The notes beneath the pieces are model-generated. The model saw only the letters and a list, made by a program, of their open reading frames with translations. It made no database searches and was not told the origin of the DNA. A stretch of 64,000 nucleotides of DNA from Takakia lepidozioides. Its lineage: Eukaryota > Plantae > Bryophyta. This document shows, piece after piece, positions 39,334 through 51,494 of this stretch. A program made the position numbers and the translations under genes. Each line of letters starts with the position of its first letter. The stretch's first letter is position 1. Location of the stretch: NCBI GenBank assembly GCA_030704615.1, contig CM060731.1, positions 60,140,001 through 60,204,000 on the forward strand, written 5' to 3'.

Positions 39334-40450
39334 ATGGTTCCCCAGCTCCAGCGCCCGTCTGAACATCTACCCACGAACGATGAGACCCAGCCTCCACCTC
39401 TCGTCCCTTCCATGGCCATCACAGGCCTCCCACCTCTTCGGCAGAGCAAGTTTCACGTTGAAGTCGAGAAACGCCTCTTGAAAATTCCAGAGCACCGCAA
39501 GATCAACTCGTATGATCCCTATTGTCGTCTTTCCAACTCATGTGCCAGCTTTTTCTACAGCGAAGTCGTCAGTTATGATCGTTTGGTAGCCATCTCTACG
39601 ATATACACCCTCCTGTGGATCCTGGATGACCTTTTGTTTGATATTCCAAGCGACTTGCTCCTCCAGGAGTATGGCATCGATCGCAGCAGCAGAATTCATG
39701 AGAGCCCTCACAAAATCGGAGAGTTCCTCAACAACTTGAACCTCCTCTTACGGAACCAAGAGCCTCCGCGCGATCCCATCAAAGATCGAGGCGATGTGGT
39801 GGAAAGCGGGTCAGGAATTGCGACGCTTGTCCAACCCGCAATGGTTCGATACTTTTGCAGACTCTGTCATGATGCACCACAGATGGTGCGTTTCCCGCCA
39901 AGCCGACATTGCAAGCGACCGCTCCGCCAGCTTATATGTGCAAGACTTGGAGTCTTTCACCAAAATGCGCGCCTGGAACGCTGGATCCTTGTTTATGGTG
40001 AATCTCGTGGAGTTTGCCAAGGACGCCTTTCTTCCAAACGAGGTGCGCGAGCAACCCGTCATCCAACAGATGACCAACGCGGCCGGCGTTCATTGCGCTT
40101 TCGTTAACGATATTTTCTCCTACGACTGTGAGGTGAAGGAAAAGAATCCGCGCAATATAATCATGGTGTTGATGGAACGTGAAGACATACCGCTACCCCA
40201 AGCTGTGTGGAAAACCGTGGAGTTGGTGAACCGTTGGGCTCGCATCTTCCTGGAGCTGGAGACGCAGTTGGGCGTGTGGGATGCGGAACCTTGGGCCGAT
40301 TCTCTGCGCCGCTATGTGGAAGGTATGAAGGAGTTTGTGGCTGGCAGTCTTTACTGGCACAGCCTGCATAAGCGCTATCGGAATCCTGACTCAGTTTTCC
40401 CAGAGCTCAGGGTCATCACCAATGTCCATCACGAACTACAAGACATTTAG
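39334..40450 (+). CDS. Microbial terpene synthase-like (MTPSL) class I terpene cyclase, intronless, one apparent +1 frameshift at ~39775
   Basis: DDLLFD aspartate-rich motif, NSE motif NDIFSYDCE, WHSLHKRY (WxxxxxRY); removing one C from CCC at 39775-39777 joins the two ORFs; TATAAG at ~39202; start codon uncertain. Confidence 0.88.
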
Positions 40451-41325
40451 AACCTGATCAGATGCAGTACCTGCGTCAACTGTACCCAACAATGCGTCAC
40501 AACACTTCCAACGTTCAATAATTAGTACGGTTTCTCATGTATATACGTCCGCATGCTTGATCTGCAATAAGGAATTAATCTATATTTTCGTATGTAAAGT
40601 CTGTTGTAACAGTTGATTATAGCAAAGTTTAGGATTGGAACATACAGTTCTGCTGCTTTTGATCTGCCATCTCATGAAGATAGCGAAGAAGAAATGGGAG
40701 AAAGCAGAGAGGAGAAAATCGGGAGTTGAACTAGAAATGATCCAATTGAGCGGACCTGTTTTCGGAGCCCATGTAAAACTACGGTCACGGTATCAAACAG
40801 GTGTCTTGAAAACTTTATATCTCTCAACGTAGGAATCCGAATGGCATCCGAAGTCTTTCTTTCACTCTCAGTTGTCCTAATCCTACAGAAATGTGTCATT
40901 TTTCATGGGGTATCATTAATGGACAATAAACGGTAAGCACTTGAAAGTGCTGAAAATGCATCAGTGGTAAGCAGCTGTTATGAGGGAATGCACTGCAGGA
41001 GAGCTGCCATCCAGTAGAGGATGTATGAACAATCTAGATCTAGATCAAGATGTAGGTCTAATCTATAGATTCTGAAATTAAAATCTATAAGGTGTACATT
41101 AGATCTGAAATTACACATACTCAGTGTTTCTTAATAGATACGTGCTGGAATTCCTAGGAGTAGCCTTGACCAAATTTAAAGTCTGCACTGGATCATGGGA
41201 GCTTTGGTAATTGGCCTACCGAACACGTGGTCATTCAACTTAGCTGGGAAAGGTCAGGATTCTGCAGGAAATATCATCAATCTCAGAAGAATGTGAGGAT
41301 GCGAAAAAAACAACTTTGTTTACAG

Positions 41326-43552
41326 GTCTGCATATAAAAATGGGGAGTCATTGAGGTGTGAAATTGAAATTAGCCTCACCTTTGAACTCTGTGGGCATGT
41401 CAAGCAATGCAAATGCTGGCAGAAAAATGGACCACCCTCTGTCGAACTGAAGTGCGAAATTCCATGTGGAAAGGTGTTACCATGTGGCCATGCCTGCACA
41501 TTGATGTGCTCAGAAGATTGCTCTGGCCACCAATGCAGACATTGTCTTGAGATAGAAAAGGAAAAAGCTAAAATCCAAAAAGCTAGAGCCTATAAGGCGA
41601 TGATCGAGAAGCGAAGGGAACTGGCTTTGGAGATTCAGAGATTGGAGACACAAGGTGCATCTGGCACCCTCATCACGGAGCTCAGCCCAAACAATGACAC
41701 TGCAAAAGATTACTACATGGTACGTTTCTGGGCCATACTTTGGTGAAAAAAGAGGTGCTGCAACAGGCCAATATTCAGAGGGGACCTTCAGGGCAATTTG
41801 TAGGTATGGAGAGTCCAAGGGTTTGTAGGGACTTGTCCCTAGAAATCAGCACAAAAAATTTGCAAAGCTTCTAGTGGGCTGGGATTTCAAGTCAGAGGAT
41901 CGTTGATACTCTTTGCAGGCAAAGGACCGAACAGAAAGGTTTATTCAGCCCAATCATAATTTAATTCCAGTGGTCACAAAAGTGGAGAAGATTGAGAATG
42001 CAAAGCTGCAAAAGAAATTCTTGGAAGCGCAAAGAGATCTCATCAGCCCTGTGGAGGCTTCAGACTGGCTATTTCATGGCACAGATGACAACGGAGTAAC
42101 AGGGATTGTCGAGAACGGATTTCGCCTTCCAGCACTTAGTACATCCAATATGTTTGGGACAGTAAGGGATCTTTAAGGGATCTGTAAGGGATCTTCCATG
42201 AGAATTTACCAATTGGGGCTACACTTTTTGTTTGGCTGGGCTGGCTGCGCTTGGGCTAATATTGGTTGTTTATCAGTGGGGTTTAACAAAACTACTCTCA
42301 TTTTCAAGAACGTCATTGGACTGATTATTGTGCAGGGATGCTATTTTGCTACCGACTCCTCAAAAAGTGCCCAAAATCTCTACACAAAGGGCAGCAATAA
42401 ACTGCTGCTCTGTGAAGTTCAGCTGGGCAAGACCTGGAGGTACTAATGGGCCGTCTCTCACCAGTGCTTCTGTTAAGCAAATTTCTCCTGCGATCATTCA
42501 ACCAGCTGTGGTGTGTGCAGAATAAGTACCTGTCCATTGATCTTGGTATTGACATTGATAGATTGATGTGTATTTAGAGCTCTTATGTGCAGGGTCACAA
42601 AAGCGAAATCAGACATGGACCATACGAATATTCGGAAAAATGGCTACGACTCCATATTCTCTGTCAGAGATAGCCGCGAAAGTGGGGGAACCCTGTTTGA
42701 TGAATACGTAATCTATGACCCAAGGCAAGCCATTCCTCGCTACATTGTTCATTATAAGACTGCAGGTCTCGATGGCCCTCAGTTGCGAGGATTTGAAGTG
42801 TGCGCTGCGATACGAGCTCAACAAAATGCAACCAACATGTCTCGGACTTGCTTAACCCCGTCTCTAAGCTTCAAAGGGGATAATGCAGAAGAGTACCACT
42901 TTCGCATGGCCGAGTCCCAATTCTTCCGCATGTCTGGAACCGACAGTACAAAGTAAGTGAGCAACCGCCTTAAAGAGCTGGCACTTCAGTGTGATTTATT
43001 TTTCATCTCTGTACCATCTTCTACGGTTTATCCCAAATGTCACTTGACACAGCAGAAACCTGTGGTAAAGTCTATAAGCTCTATCATGGGACAGTCCTTG
43101 CATAATCATTCATTGATTTTGTCCAGTGAAATTGCAACAAGACGCTACTGCATGCCACCTTGAACAGTCACTTTTCAAATTTGTGCAGGTGACAAAGGTG
43201 GAGTACATCTACAACAAGGCACTTGCGGAGAAGTATGAAACAAAGAAGAAAGAGTATGCAGCTGCCAAGAAGCCCTTAGAGGAGCAATTTGTGTTTCACG
43301 GCACAAGCGCAGATAGTGTTGACAAGATTGCAAGGGAGGGCTTCAAGATTGGAGGTGAAGGAGTTGCAATGAAATGTGGAGCTATGTATGGACGAGGTGT
43401 ATATACAGCTGTCAATCCTGACATATCTGTCGCCTACAGCAGAAATTCAAACATGATGCTGCTGTCTCTTGCTCTCCCAGGTAAACCAGAGGAGGACTTT
43501 ATTCTTGGGGGAGGTCCTGCCATCTTTGTGATAAAGAATGTCGACCAGTGCA
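41326..43552 (+). pseudogene. 3' half of helicase-ZnF-PARP gene: NF-X1-type zinc fingers, coiled coil, two PARP catalytic domains (inverted block)
   Basis: Exons 41326-41719, 41919-42161, 42336-42439, 42593-42952, 43189-~43552 with GT-AG ends; CGKVLPCGHACTLMC; LFHGT..FGTGCYFA..FDEYVIY..AIPRYIVHY; VFHGT..YGRGVYTA. Confidence 0.85.
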
Positions 43553-44256
43553 CTACTCCAAGTAGGAAGTCAAATGACCCTTGATGTTCAATAGAAAACT
43601 TCAACGTGTAATTGTTGTGACGAAAAGACCTGTATCTGAGCTCAAGTATTTGAAGATCTGGATTAAAGCCCACCTGCAAGGTTATATTTGCCCAGTGTAC
43701 CCATGGGTAGATCACACATGGCAGGTGTTACAATCCCAGGAAAAATCTGAGACCAAGTTGTTGCTCTGGTCATGATGGAAAAAGTAAAATAAATCTTGTC
43801 AGCTGCCCCTTGATCAGTCCTAATAATATGGCAAGCAGCATTTTTCTATCAAGTTCCAGAGTCAATGAAGAATCTCAGAAATAGACTGGGCCTTCATCCA
43901 GAGATCCCATAGTGGAAGCCCTATATGTGGAGCCTCAATGGTTCTGGTCATATGATGAAGTCCCTATTCCAAGGAAAGATAAGGTCTTTCAAAATTGACA
44001 TTAATCTCTCCTAAGGGCCATACATAATATTTGATCAGGTCTCCGCACATTTTGAGTGCGTGCCTATCCTCTCTTTACTATGAGCACATTCAAACAGAAC
44101 ATCCATTCAACATAGCATCAAAGCCCAACATGAATAATTTAACCAACCCACATGCAATTTGAAGGAACCTCTGCACTCACCAGATATAATGATTCAGTCA
44201 TACCTAGGATAACTTTATTAGGGACAATTCTGAAATCCAAGATCTGTATGTCCGAA

Positions 44257-46500
44257 TCATAAAGGCTCAGATGAGACCAACAACAACTTAGTCCTTGAGT
44301 GCCCACATTTCTTGAAGAGAAAATTAACTGGTTCTTGACACAGTGAATGGTCACCTGAATGACAAGTACTCGTACAGTAGTGACCGCAGTTCAGTAGTGC
44401 CCTGCAAGGCTTCTTGCACACTTGGGATGGGAGAAACACTTTTGCATCCAAGCAGCAAAGTGCATAGGGAGGCTCATTTGGATGCCGTGGACAGCAAAGC
44501 CAAATGGAGCTGTCCAAGCACTTCTCAGATGCAAAATATTCTATCAAGGTCCTCCAATGAGATGATTTCTTTACGTGACTGCCACAGATGTAGACCCCAC
44601 TTCGGGCCCTAGATACCAACACAGAGGCGATTGCGCATTGAGAGATGTCCAATTCTCCCCTCCAAGTTTGATCGGACAAGAGAAACTATCACAACAAAGT
44701 TTTCTGCCCCCTGTACAACATTCGGTAGTAAGTACGTTGGAAGTGTGTTGATTCCTGCTCTGCTTCTGTTGTCCTCTTTTTCGTTGTGTGAGACAAGGAG
44801 CAGGTGCCCCCAAACAAAGTGCATAAACCAGAAACCTAGATACCCTTGCTGTCTCTGGTGCTATACTTCAGATTTGAATAGCAATTCAGAGGTTCTACTC
44901 TGTTGTTCTTCTGAGACGTATCAAAAATGTCTTGTTCTTTCCATTTTTCACTTTTCTGCTGCGTCCAAATCAGGCAGAAATCTTTGAAGTCTGATTTGGA
45001 TCTTCCTTTTGGTCCCATTTTCCCTCCTTAATTTTCGCTACATTCAAATCAAGCATGGGTTTATGGCCACAAGCTGTCTTAATGTGAGTATATTACTCAT
45101 ATGCAGCAGTTGAAGAAAAGGATTGAATTAAATTCCTAACAAAGAACTTTGACTTCAAGCATCTCTGGAAACTCCGTCAACATTTTCCGAATCAACGTAA
45201 CCTGGCCACCCAGAGTTGAAAATTCTTTGGATAGTAACTTGCATCTCCAGTAACCTGGAGAAGGACAAGCAGAAATTTTTCTCCAGAAGACATAAGCAAA
45301 TAACCTTGCAGGAAAGTAGGATCCAGCAGATTATCAAGTTTCCCCATGACTAAGGCTAACCATGGCAGCTTACCTGGCCGTTATAAGCAGCAAGAACTGT
45401 CACATCCTGGGCTTTCGGTCCTTCAGAAACTAGCCAGCGGACCAGTGCAACAACCATATCTGCCTCCCCATTGTTCAAGTAGCTACGTAGGGTTGTTTCT
45501 TCATGTGTGTGGGACCAGAAATGCATGGGGCTCCTCATACAGTCAGGAGCTTTATTTCTTGGTCCAGACACCAATATTGAATGAGAGCGAAGGGTGGGGT
45601 ACATCGGGAGAAGAATTGGAACAAATTCTTCGCGCATTCGGCACTGCAGATTTAGTGCCTGAAATGGAAGCTGATTGTGCTCCACCAAACGCTCAAACAT
45701 GGAAACTCCAAAACCATGCCTGATCCATGATAACCAGAGGATGTAATCAGTGCCTTCGAAGTAGGTGAATAGATCATCTTATGCAAACACAAGCTTACTA
45801 CATGTTATTCTCAGTGTGATCAATGTCATGAACTGCAACCTTGCACCCTTGTTCGATCAGCTCATCCCACAATGAATGACTGTTTCACTATCGTTGTTCG
45901 GAACTATCTACTCCATTCGATATCCCTTACACACATCTTGCGTTCAGAATCTATGCACTTGAGCAGGTAGCCCAGTGGTTGGGTATTTGTGGTCTGTGCA
46001 TAACCCCTAGGTGATCCCGGGTTCAGTCCTTCAACATGTGCCTTCAGACCGTCCATTGGGCCCTCGATGGCCTGTGTGTTGAGCAGTAGCCTCTGTAAAT
46101 TCACTGGACGTTAAAGAAACTTTATCTTTATCTGTGAGAGTGACCAAGTCTTCTTGGTCCGGTCTGTGGTTCAATAATTTCTTCCTCTGCAGGTCTTGGT
46201 ACATTCCCCAGGTTGCTTGAGTAGATATGAAATTCCTACAAAGGAGAGTTGCAAAGATGGGGAAAATCTGCAGAGTCAAATCAACAAAAGTCAGGTTGAT
46301 GGTTTATAAACCCACCAGCGTTCCAGGTCATAACTCTCAACCGATGGGCGGAGTTGGAGATGATCACCGATCAAAATCAGATGCTGGAGATCTGCACCCA
46401 TGCAGCGAGCAATTGTGGCTCGAGGATCTCAACTGCCTCTTCAACCATGATTACAGCTGGTGCGAGAATCTGCAACACATCTTGATGCATTGTAGCTCCC
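44257..46500 (-). pseudogene. 5' half of the same gene: ZNFX1/Upf1-like SF1 helicase C-terminal motifs plus NF-X1 zinc finger; N-terminus (Walker A) not found
   Basis: Minus strand IMVEEAVEILEPQL and LILIGDHLQLRP (~46313-46498), SMFERL..QCRM, LAAYNGQ, QGAEN..SLVRSN, NRLCVGISRARSG, CPRHP, CKKPCRALLNCGHYCTSTCH; several frameshifts. Confidence 0.85.
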
Positions 46501-46899
46501 TGGCAATTTTAAACAACATGATGGTAGTATTACATGCAATAAAGACACATATCTTCAAAAGAAGGAGGACAGAAATTATAGATGTAACGTCCGCAGGGAG
46601 TATTGACCAGCAAATGTAAAATTCATGGAGTCTTTTCAGAACAGAACTAATCTCATTGAAATCTTACTAGAAGCAGCAAGGATTACCAGCAGAATTCACT
46701 ACGATAACTCAAGAGTTATTGAGGGCAAAATCTCGCAATCAACCTTGCCGTTGAACAAGTGTCTTTGTGTAACGTTAGCTTTCAATTTAAGGATGAATGC
46801 CTCACAATCTGTGTCCGGCCCCGCTCCCCCTTCCTCACTTGTTTGCTCCCTTTAGATCACCAACATCATCTACGACGCAAGCTCCAGCACATGTTCCAC

Positions 46900-48262
46900 A
46901 CTCTGTTAGTCCACGATAGGTAGAATGCAACGACAGTAAACCTCTTCATGTCATTTGAGGGGGCCATTTCAGGATCGTCGATTGGCCGGTTTCCCTCTAC
47001 ATAGGATGCATCAGTGCCCACATGATGCACTTAGAGATCCTCCATGGCTTGCACATCCTCCAGTTAATTCCATGCTCATTGTTGTTGTCACTGTCTCTGC
47101 CACCGTCATCATAGTCCATCATCGTCCGGTACCGTGGGGGCGGCGTCTCGTCCACGGCTCCTGTATGTACTTGGGTTGTTTTCGGATGGGGTGCCAAGAG
47201 AAAGGACCGGGAAGGGATGAACAAAGTCCTGATACGAACAAATGAACATAGGGACATATATTATAATGTGTCGTTGCAACCATATAACTCATTGGCGAGA
47301 ACTCCCTTGTACGAAGGGGCAAAAGTGAGTCGATTTTCAATAATCTTACTTTTGCTCAATCTTCAAATTCGATTTGGCATAAGTAATGTTGGGATGTCTA
47401 CCATAATGCGAATTATTGCAGACTATGTCCTTGCTCCACACTTGAAACCCAAGATGTCATGGTCGCGGAAAGAGGCGCGCGAAGTCTTGGACTCTGTGGG
47501 GATTGGCTATAAGATTTTTCATGCATGTCCATGAGATAAAACCCTATACTACGGAAATGATTCGTGTCTCACCAAGTGCCCAAAGTGCAAGAAAGACCGA
47601 TATCGGGATGATGTCCAAGGGAAAAAAGTACCACACAAGGTATAAGCGTCATTCCCCTTCATATGGAAATTATTTTCTTGAATCTTCTCAATGCTTGTAA
47701 AGTGTATTCCATAAAGTTTAGGGTTTAGAGAGTAGTACTCGTGCAAGATCTGATTGTGGTTTTGGAAGGAGCGAGTGATGAGTGGAAGGAACGACGTTCG
47801 GTTTCGACCATTCACGCCCAAATGAGGGAGAGGCTGCATAAAGGGAAAAGTATAAGGGTGTTGTATTATGTGTGCTAATGAGATGATTACATGTGGGGGA
47901 CGTGGGATAATTCATCCTAGAAAATGCATTACTTTTTTATCATCCCGCGATTGAGGGCACAGTACCGAAGCCCTGAATTGACCATACTCATGAGATGGCA
48001 CGCCTCGCATCGGAGCCCCCCGAGAAAGGTGTGCAGGTCACAAAATTCACAAGCATGGAGGCATATTGAAGAGATGCGGTCTTTTCTCTTAGAGGACCCG
48101 CGACATGTCCACCTCTCGACTTCTCCTCGGATGGGGTCAACCCATTCTCTGTCCAGTCATGTATTCATTCCACTTGGCCGGTGGCCATGGTGAATTACAA
48201 CATCCCTCCGTATCTTTCAATTAAAAAAGACCATATCATGTTGGTTGTCATTGAGCCATGTG
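46900..48262 (+). mobile_element. CACTA/En-Spm transposase (Transposase_21/Tnp2) remnant
   Basis: TPLYEG..HACP*D..KCPKC..RY, IPRL..MRWH, AWRHI..DPRHV, DGVNPF..STWPV..NYNIPP; stops and frameshifts; boundaries approximate. Confidence 0.85.
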
Positions 48263-49108
48263 AATATACTCATTTCATGTTTATTATTGCCTTGGACTTT
48301 ACATTAAACTTCTGATATCTGACGCAATTTGGATGCAAGATTGAGGAGTGACATAATCATGGAATAAATGGAACAAATCAAGATTTTCCCTCAGCCCACA
48401 CTGTAGAAGAAATTCGCTTTGGCAGAAATTCCTTGGTGATACTTGATGCAGAAAAAAATGGCCTCGTTGCTCTTGCAGAAGCTGCTCAAGAAACTGCAGC
48501 ATATGTCACTTCAATTTCCTCTCTGCCGAAAAGCAAGTCGGTTGAGTTCAGAAAATAGGATGACGATTACAGCAAACGACTGGCTAAAATTTTTTCAGCC
48601 CGAAGATATCACAAACGGGATCAATGACACATCTTACGACAAAAGAGGGGATCAGAAGCGATTGCGGAGAACACAAGGGCCGCACACGAAGAGATGGTCT
48701 GCTGAACCGACCTCTGCTTCTCTTCCTTTGCGCAGATTCTGTGTAGAGGACCACCTTCGTGGAGATTCCTGCGACCACGGAACCTGGATGAATATTTGCG
48801 TGCTTTGGACGATGACAGGGTGGAATCTGACGAATCCTGGATGATTAATCGCGTGCTTTGGACGGATGATAGGGTGGAGTCTGACGGATGAACAATATAT
48901 GGTTGTCCTGGCGATATGGGCCTGGAGTCTGGATGTTGAAGTCCGTGCGTTCAAGAGAATGTGGATGGATGTAGTCTTGCGACCTGCCCTAACCCTAACT
49001 TAGAGTCCGTTCTCGATGAGCGTGAGGTGCTAAGGAGGTGGACGAGGAAGGGGAGGGAGGGCAAAGAGCTTGAGGTTCAAGTCGAGTGGCTGCTGTAATA
49101 AGTTCAGC

Positions 49109-51463
49109 ATGAGCTCGCAGATGAGCCATGGCAAAGGGAAAAATGATTCCATGGCAGATACAAGCAGCTGTTGTCAGTCGAACTGGCGTAGCAGTACGTC
49201 TGCAACGGAGAATCTGTGTGGATGCCAAAGTAGCTCTGCAATCTCACGCAAGTCTACAGAGAAATCCAGTAATTTTGTAGAGGACGAAGGCGGGAGTTGG
49301 GGCTTTTCAGTAGACGATGGCAGTGACGTCACAGCACAGAGTTCCGAAGAGGCTTCCGGACTAAACCAGGCTAATGGAACAACATGCACAGAAGGAGCCA
49401 ACGGAAACGATGCATGTTCTCATGTGCACACCGAAACAGACGTCTTGCATGCTGTAACTGTAGGAGATTCTCCCCTTGTACTAAGCGAGGAGAGTCCTCG
49501 TGGAAAAATCTTGTTCGTATCAGAGACTGGCACTGCTAGAAGGCTTGCAGAGAGGCTAGTTCAACAGTTATTAGAGCACAATATTCCTGTAGATCTAGTG
49601 GACGCAGCTTCATATGAACCGGAAGATCTGTCCAAAGAAAGATTTGTAGTTTTGGTGGCCTCGACATGGGAGGGCGGCAAGGCCCCACAAAATGCATCTT
49701 TCCTGGCACGTTGGCTAGAAGAGAGTTCCGAGGATTTTAGAGTTGGGTCAGGGCTACTTCACGAATGCAGATTTGCGGTGTTTGGAGTGGGAAGCCGAGC
49801 GTATGGCTCCACATTTAATGCTGTTGCCAGAGCATTTGACCGGCAGCTGGCAGCACTTGGTGGCATTCGGATCGTGCTGAGAGGAGAGGGTGATGAGGAT
49901 GAGGGAACAGTAGACCAGGATTTTGACATTTGGACGACAATTTTGATCCAGAAGTTGCTGAGCCAAGTCACACATCTGTATGGTGTGGACCGGCCCCTGG
50001 AAGCAGCCCTTGCAATAGACACAAATGGAATTTCTGAAGTTGATGTGGAGGCAGGTGCTACCTCATCTGTACAAAAAGCTGAGGAGACCGAGAGCGACTC
50101 CGATGAGGCCGATAACATTGCCAACAAAGAGAGTGTTGATGGGGGCAGTTTGATAGACTTAGAAGATGTAGCTGGCCAGCTCAGCCCATCACAGCCTTCT
50201 GAAAGAGGGAAGAGGAAAGGAGTCATGAAGAAGCAGTTGTTTAAAAGTCCACTTGTCTTCTCAGTAGATGCAACACACAATCTGTCTTCTAGTGATCGGA
50301 ATAGGAGCGATGGTTTCAAGGTCATGGTGACACCAGTGCTTCGAGCTAGCTTAGAGAAGCAGGGGTACAAAATTATCGGTTCACACAGTGGAGTGAAGCT
50401 TTGCCGCTGGACAAAGTCGCAGCTGCGGGGACGTGGGGGCTGCTACAAGCATTCTTTCTATGGGATTGAGAGTCATCGGTGCATGGAGACAACTCCCAGC
50501 CTAGCATGTGCAAATAAGTGTGTTTTCTGTTGGCGCCACCACACCAACCCTGTTGGTAAATCATGGCGATGGCAGATGGATGACCCTGTGGATATTGTCA
50601 ATGCTGCATTGGATCAGCACATGCGCATGATCAAGCAGATGAAGGGTGTTCCAGGAGTGAAACCAGAGCGCCTGGCTGAAGGTATGGCTCCAAGACATTG
50701 TGCACTCTCACTTGTGGGAGAACCAATTATGTACCCTGAGATCAATACTCTCGTCAAGGAACTCCACTCTCGCCAAATTTCTTCCTTCTTGGTGACCAAC
50801 GCCCAGTTTCCAGAGCGCATCTTAGCACTCGAGCCTGTCACTCAGCTCTATGTGAGTGTGGATGCAGCAACCAAGGAGAAATTGAAGGCCATCGACCGGC
50901 CCTTGTTCTCCGACTTCTGGGAGCGATTCACTGATTCTTTGAGTGCCCTGCGGGACAAGAGGCAGCGAACTGTGTACAGGCTGACACTGGTGAAAGGCTG
51001 GAATACTGCAGAAGTACAGGCTTATGCAGAACTTTTGGAATTAGGCCAACCTGATTTTATCGAAATTAAGGGGGTGACCTACTGTGGCTCCACTGCGACA
51101 TCCTCATTGACAATGGAGAATGTGCCATGGCATAGTGATGTGAAGGCATTTGCAGAGGCCTTGGTGATGGAGAGGGGCGGGGCTGAGTATGAGCTTGCGT
51201 GCGAGCACACGCACTCCTGCTGTGTCCTGCTGGCCAAGACAGCCAAGTTCAAACTGGAAGGGCAGTGGTACACTTGGATTGACTACGAGAAATTTCATTC
51301 TCTGGTTGCCTCACAGAAGCCCTTCGGTAGTGAAGAGTACAGGGCCCCCACGCCTGCTTGGGCAGTGTATGGAGCAGCTGAAGGTGGGTTTGACCCCAAA
51401 GAAACGCGAGTGAAGAAGGAGAGAAAGCATGGGACCTCGGCTGATGTTGGCGGATGCACTTGA
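49109..51463 (+). CDS. TYW1: SAM-dependent tRNA 4-demethylwyosine synthase, intact single-exon ORF (784 aa from the first ATG)
   Basis: Flavodoxin domain (FVSETGTARRLA, STWEGG, FGVGSRAYG), radical-SAM CANKCVFC and wyosine-formation C-terminus; start codon inferred. Confidence 0.95.
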   Translation: MSSQMSHGKGKNDSMADTSSCCQSNWRSSTSATENLCGCQSSSAISRKSTEKSSNFVEDEGGSWGFSVDDGSDVTAQSSEEASGLNQANGTTCTEGANGNDACSHVHTETDVLHAVTVGDSPLVLSEESPRGKILFVSETGTARRLAERLVQQLLEHNIPVDLVDAASYEPEDLSKERFVVLVASTWEGGKAPQNASFLARWLEESSEDFRVGSGLLHECRFAVFGVGSRAYGSTFNAVARAFDRQLAALGGIRIVLRGEGDEDEGTVDQDFDIWTTILIQKLLSQVTHLYGVDRPLEAALAIDTNGISEVDVEAGATSSVQKAEETESDSDEADNIANKESVDGGSLIDLEDVAGQLSPSQPSERGKRKGVMKKQLFKSPLVFSVDATHNLSSSDRNRSDGFKVMVTPVLRASLEKQGYKIIGSHSGVKLCRWTKSQLRGRGGCYKHSFYGIESHRCMETTPSLACANKCVFCWRHHTNPVGKSWRWQMDDPVDIVNAALDQHMRMIKQMKGVPGVKPERLAEGMAPRHCALSLVGEPIMYPEINTLVKELHSRQISSFLVTNAQFPERILALEPVTQLYVSVDAATKEKLKAIDRPLFSDFWERFTDSLSALRDKRQRTVYRLTLVKGWNTAEVQAYAELLELGQPDFIEIKGVTYCGSTATSSLTMENVPWHSDVKAFAEALVMERGGAEYELACEHTHSCCVLLAKTAKFKLEGQWYTWIDYEKFHSLVASQKPFGSEEYRAPTPAWAVYGAAEGGFDPKETRVKKERKHGTSADVGGCT

Positions 51464-51494
51464 GGAGGCCACTGCTCTACTTGGCAAGTGTATA

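Noticed and set aside
39334-40450. Bacterial or fungal contamination
   Set aside because: Embedded among plant TEs and intron-containing genes; fits the known plant MTPSL class
45904-46279. Extra helicase exons
   Set aside because: Flanking exons already join as expected (..SYDLER into HGFGVSMFERL) and these frames show no helicase motif
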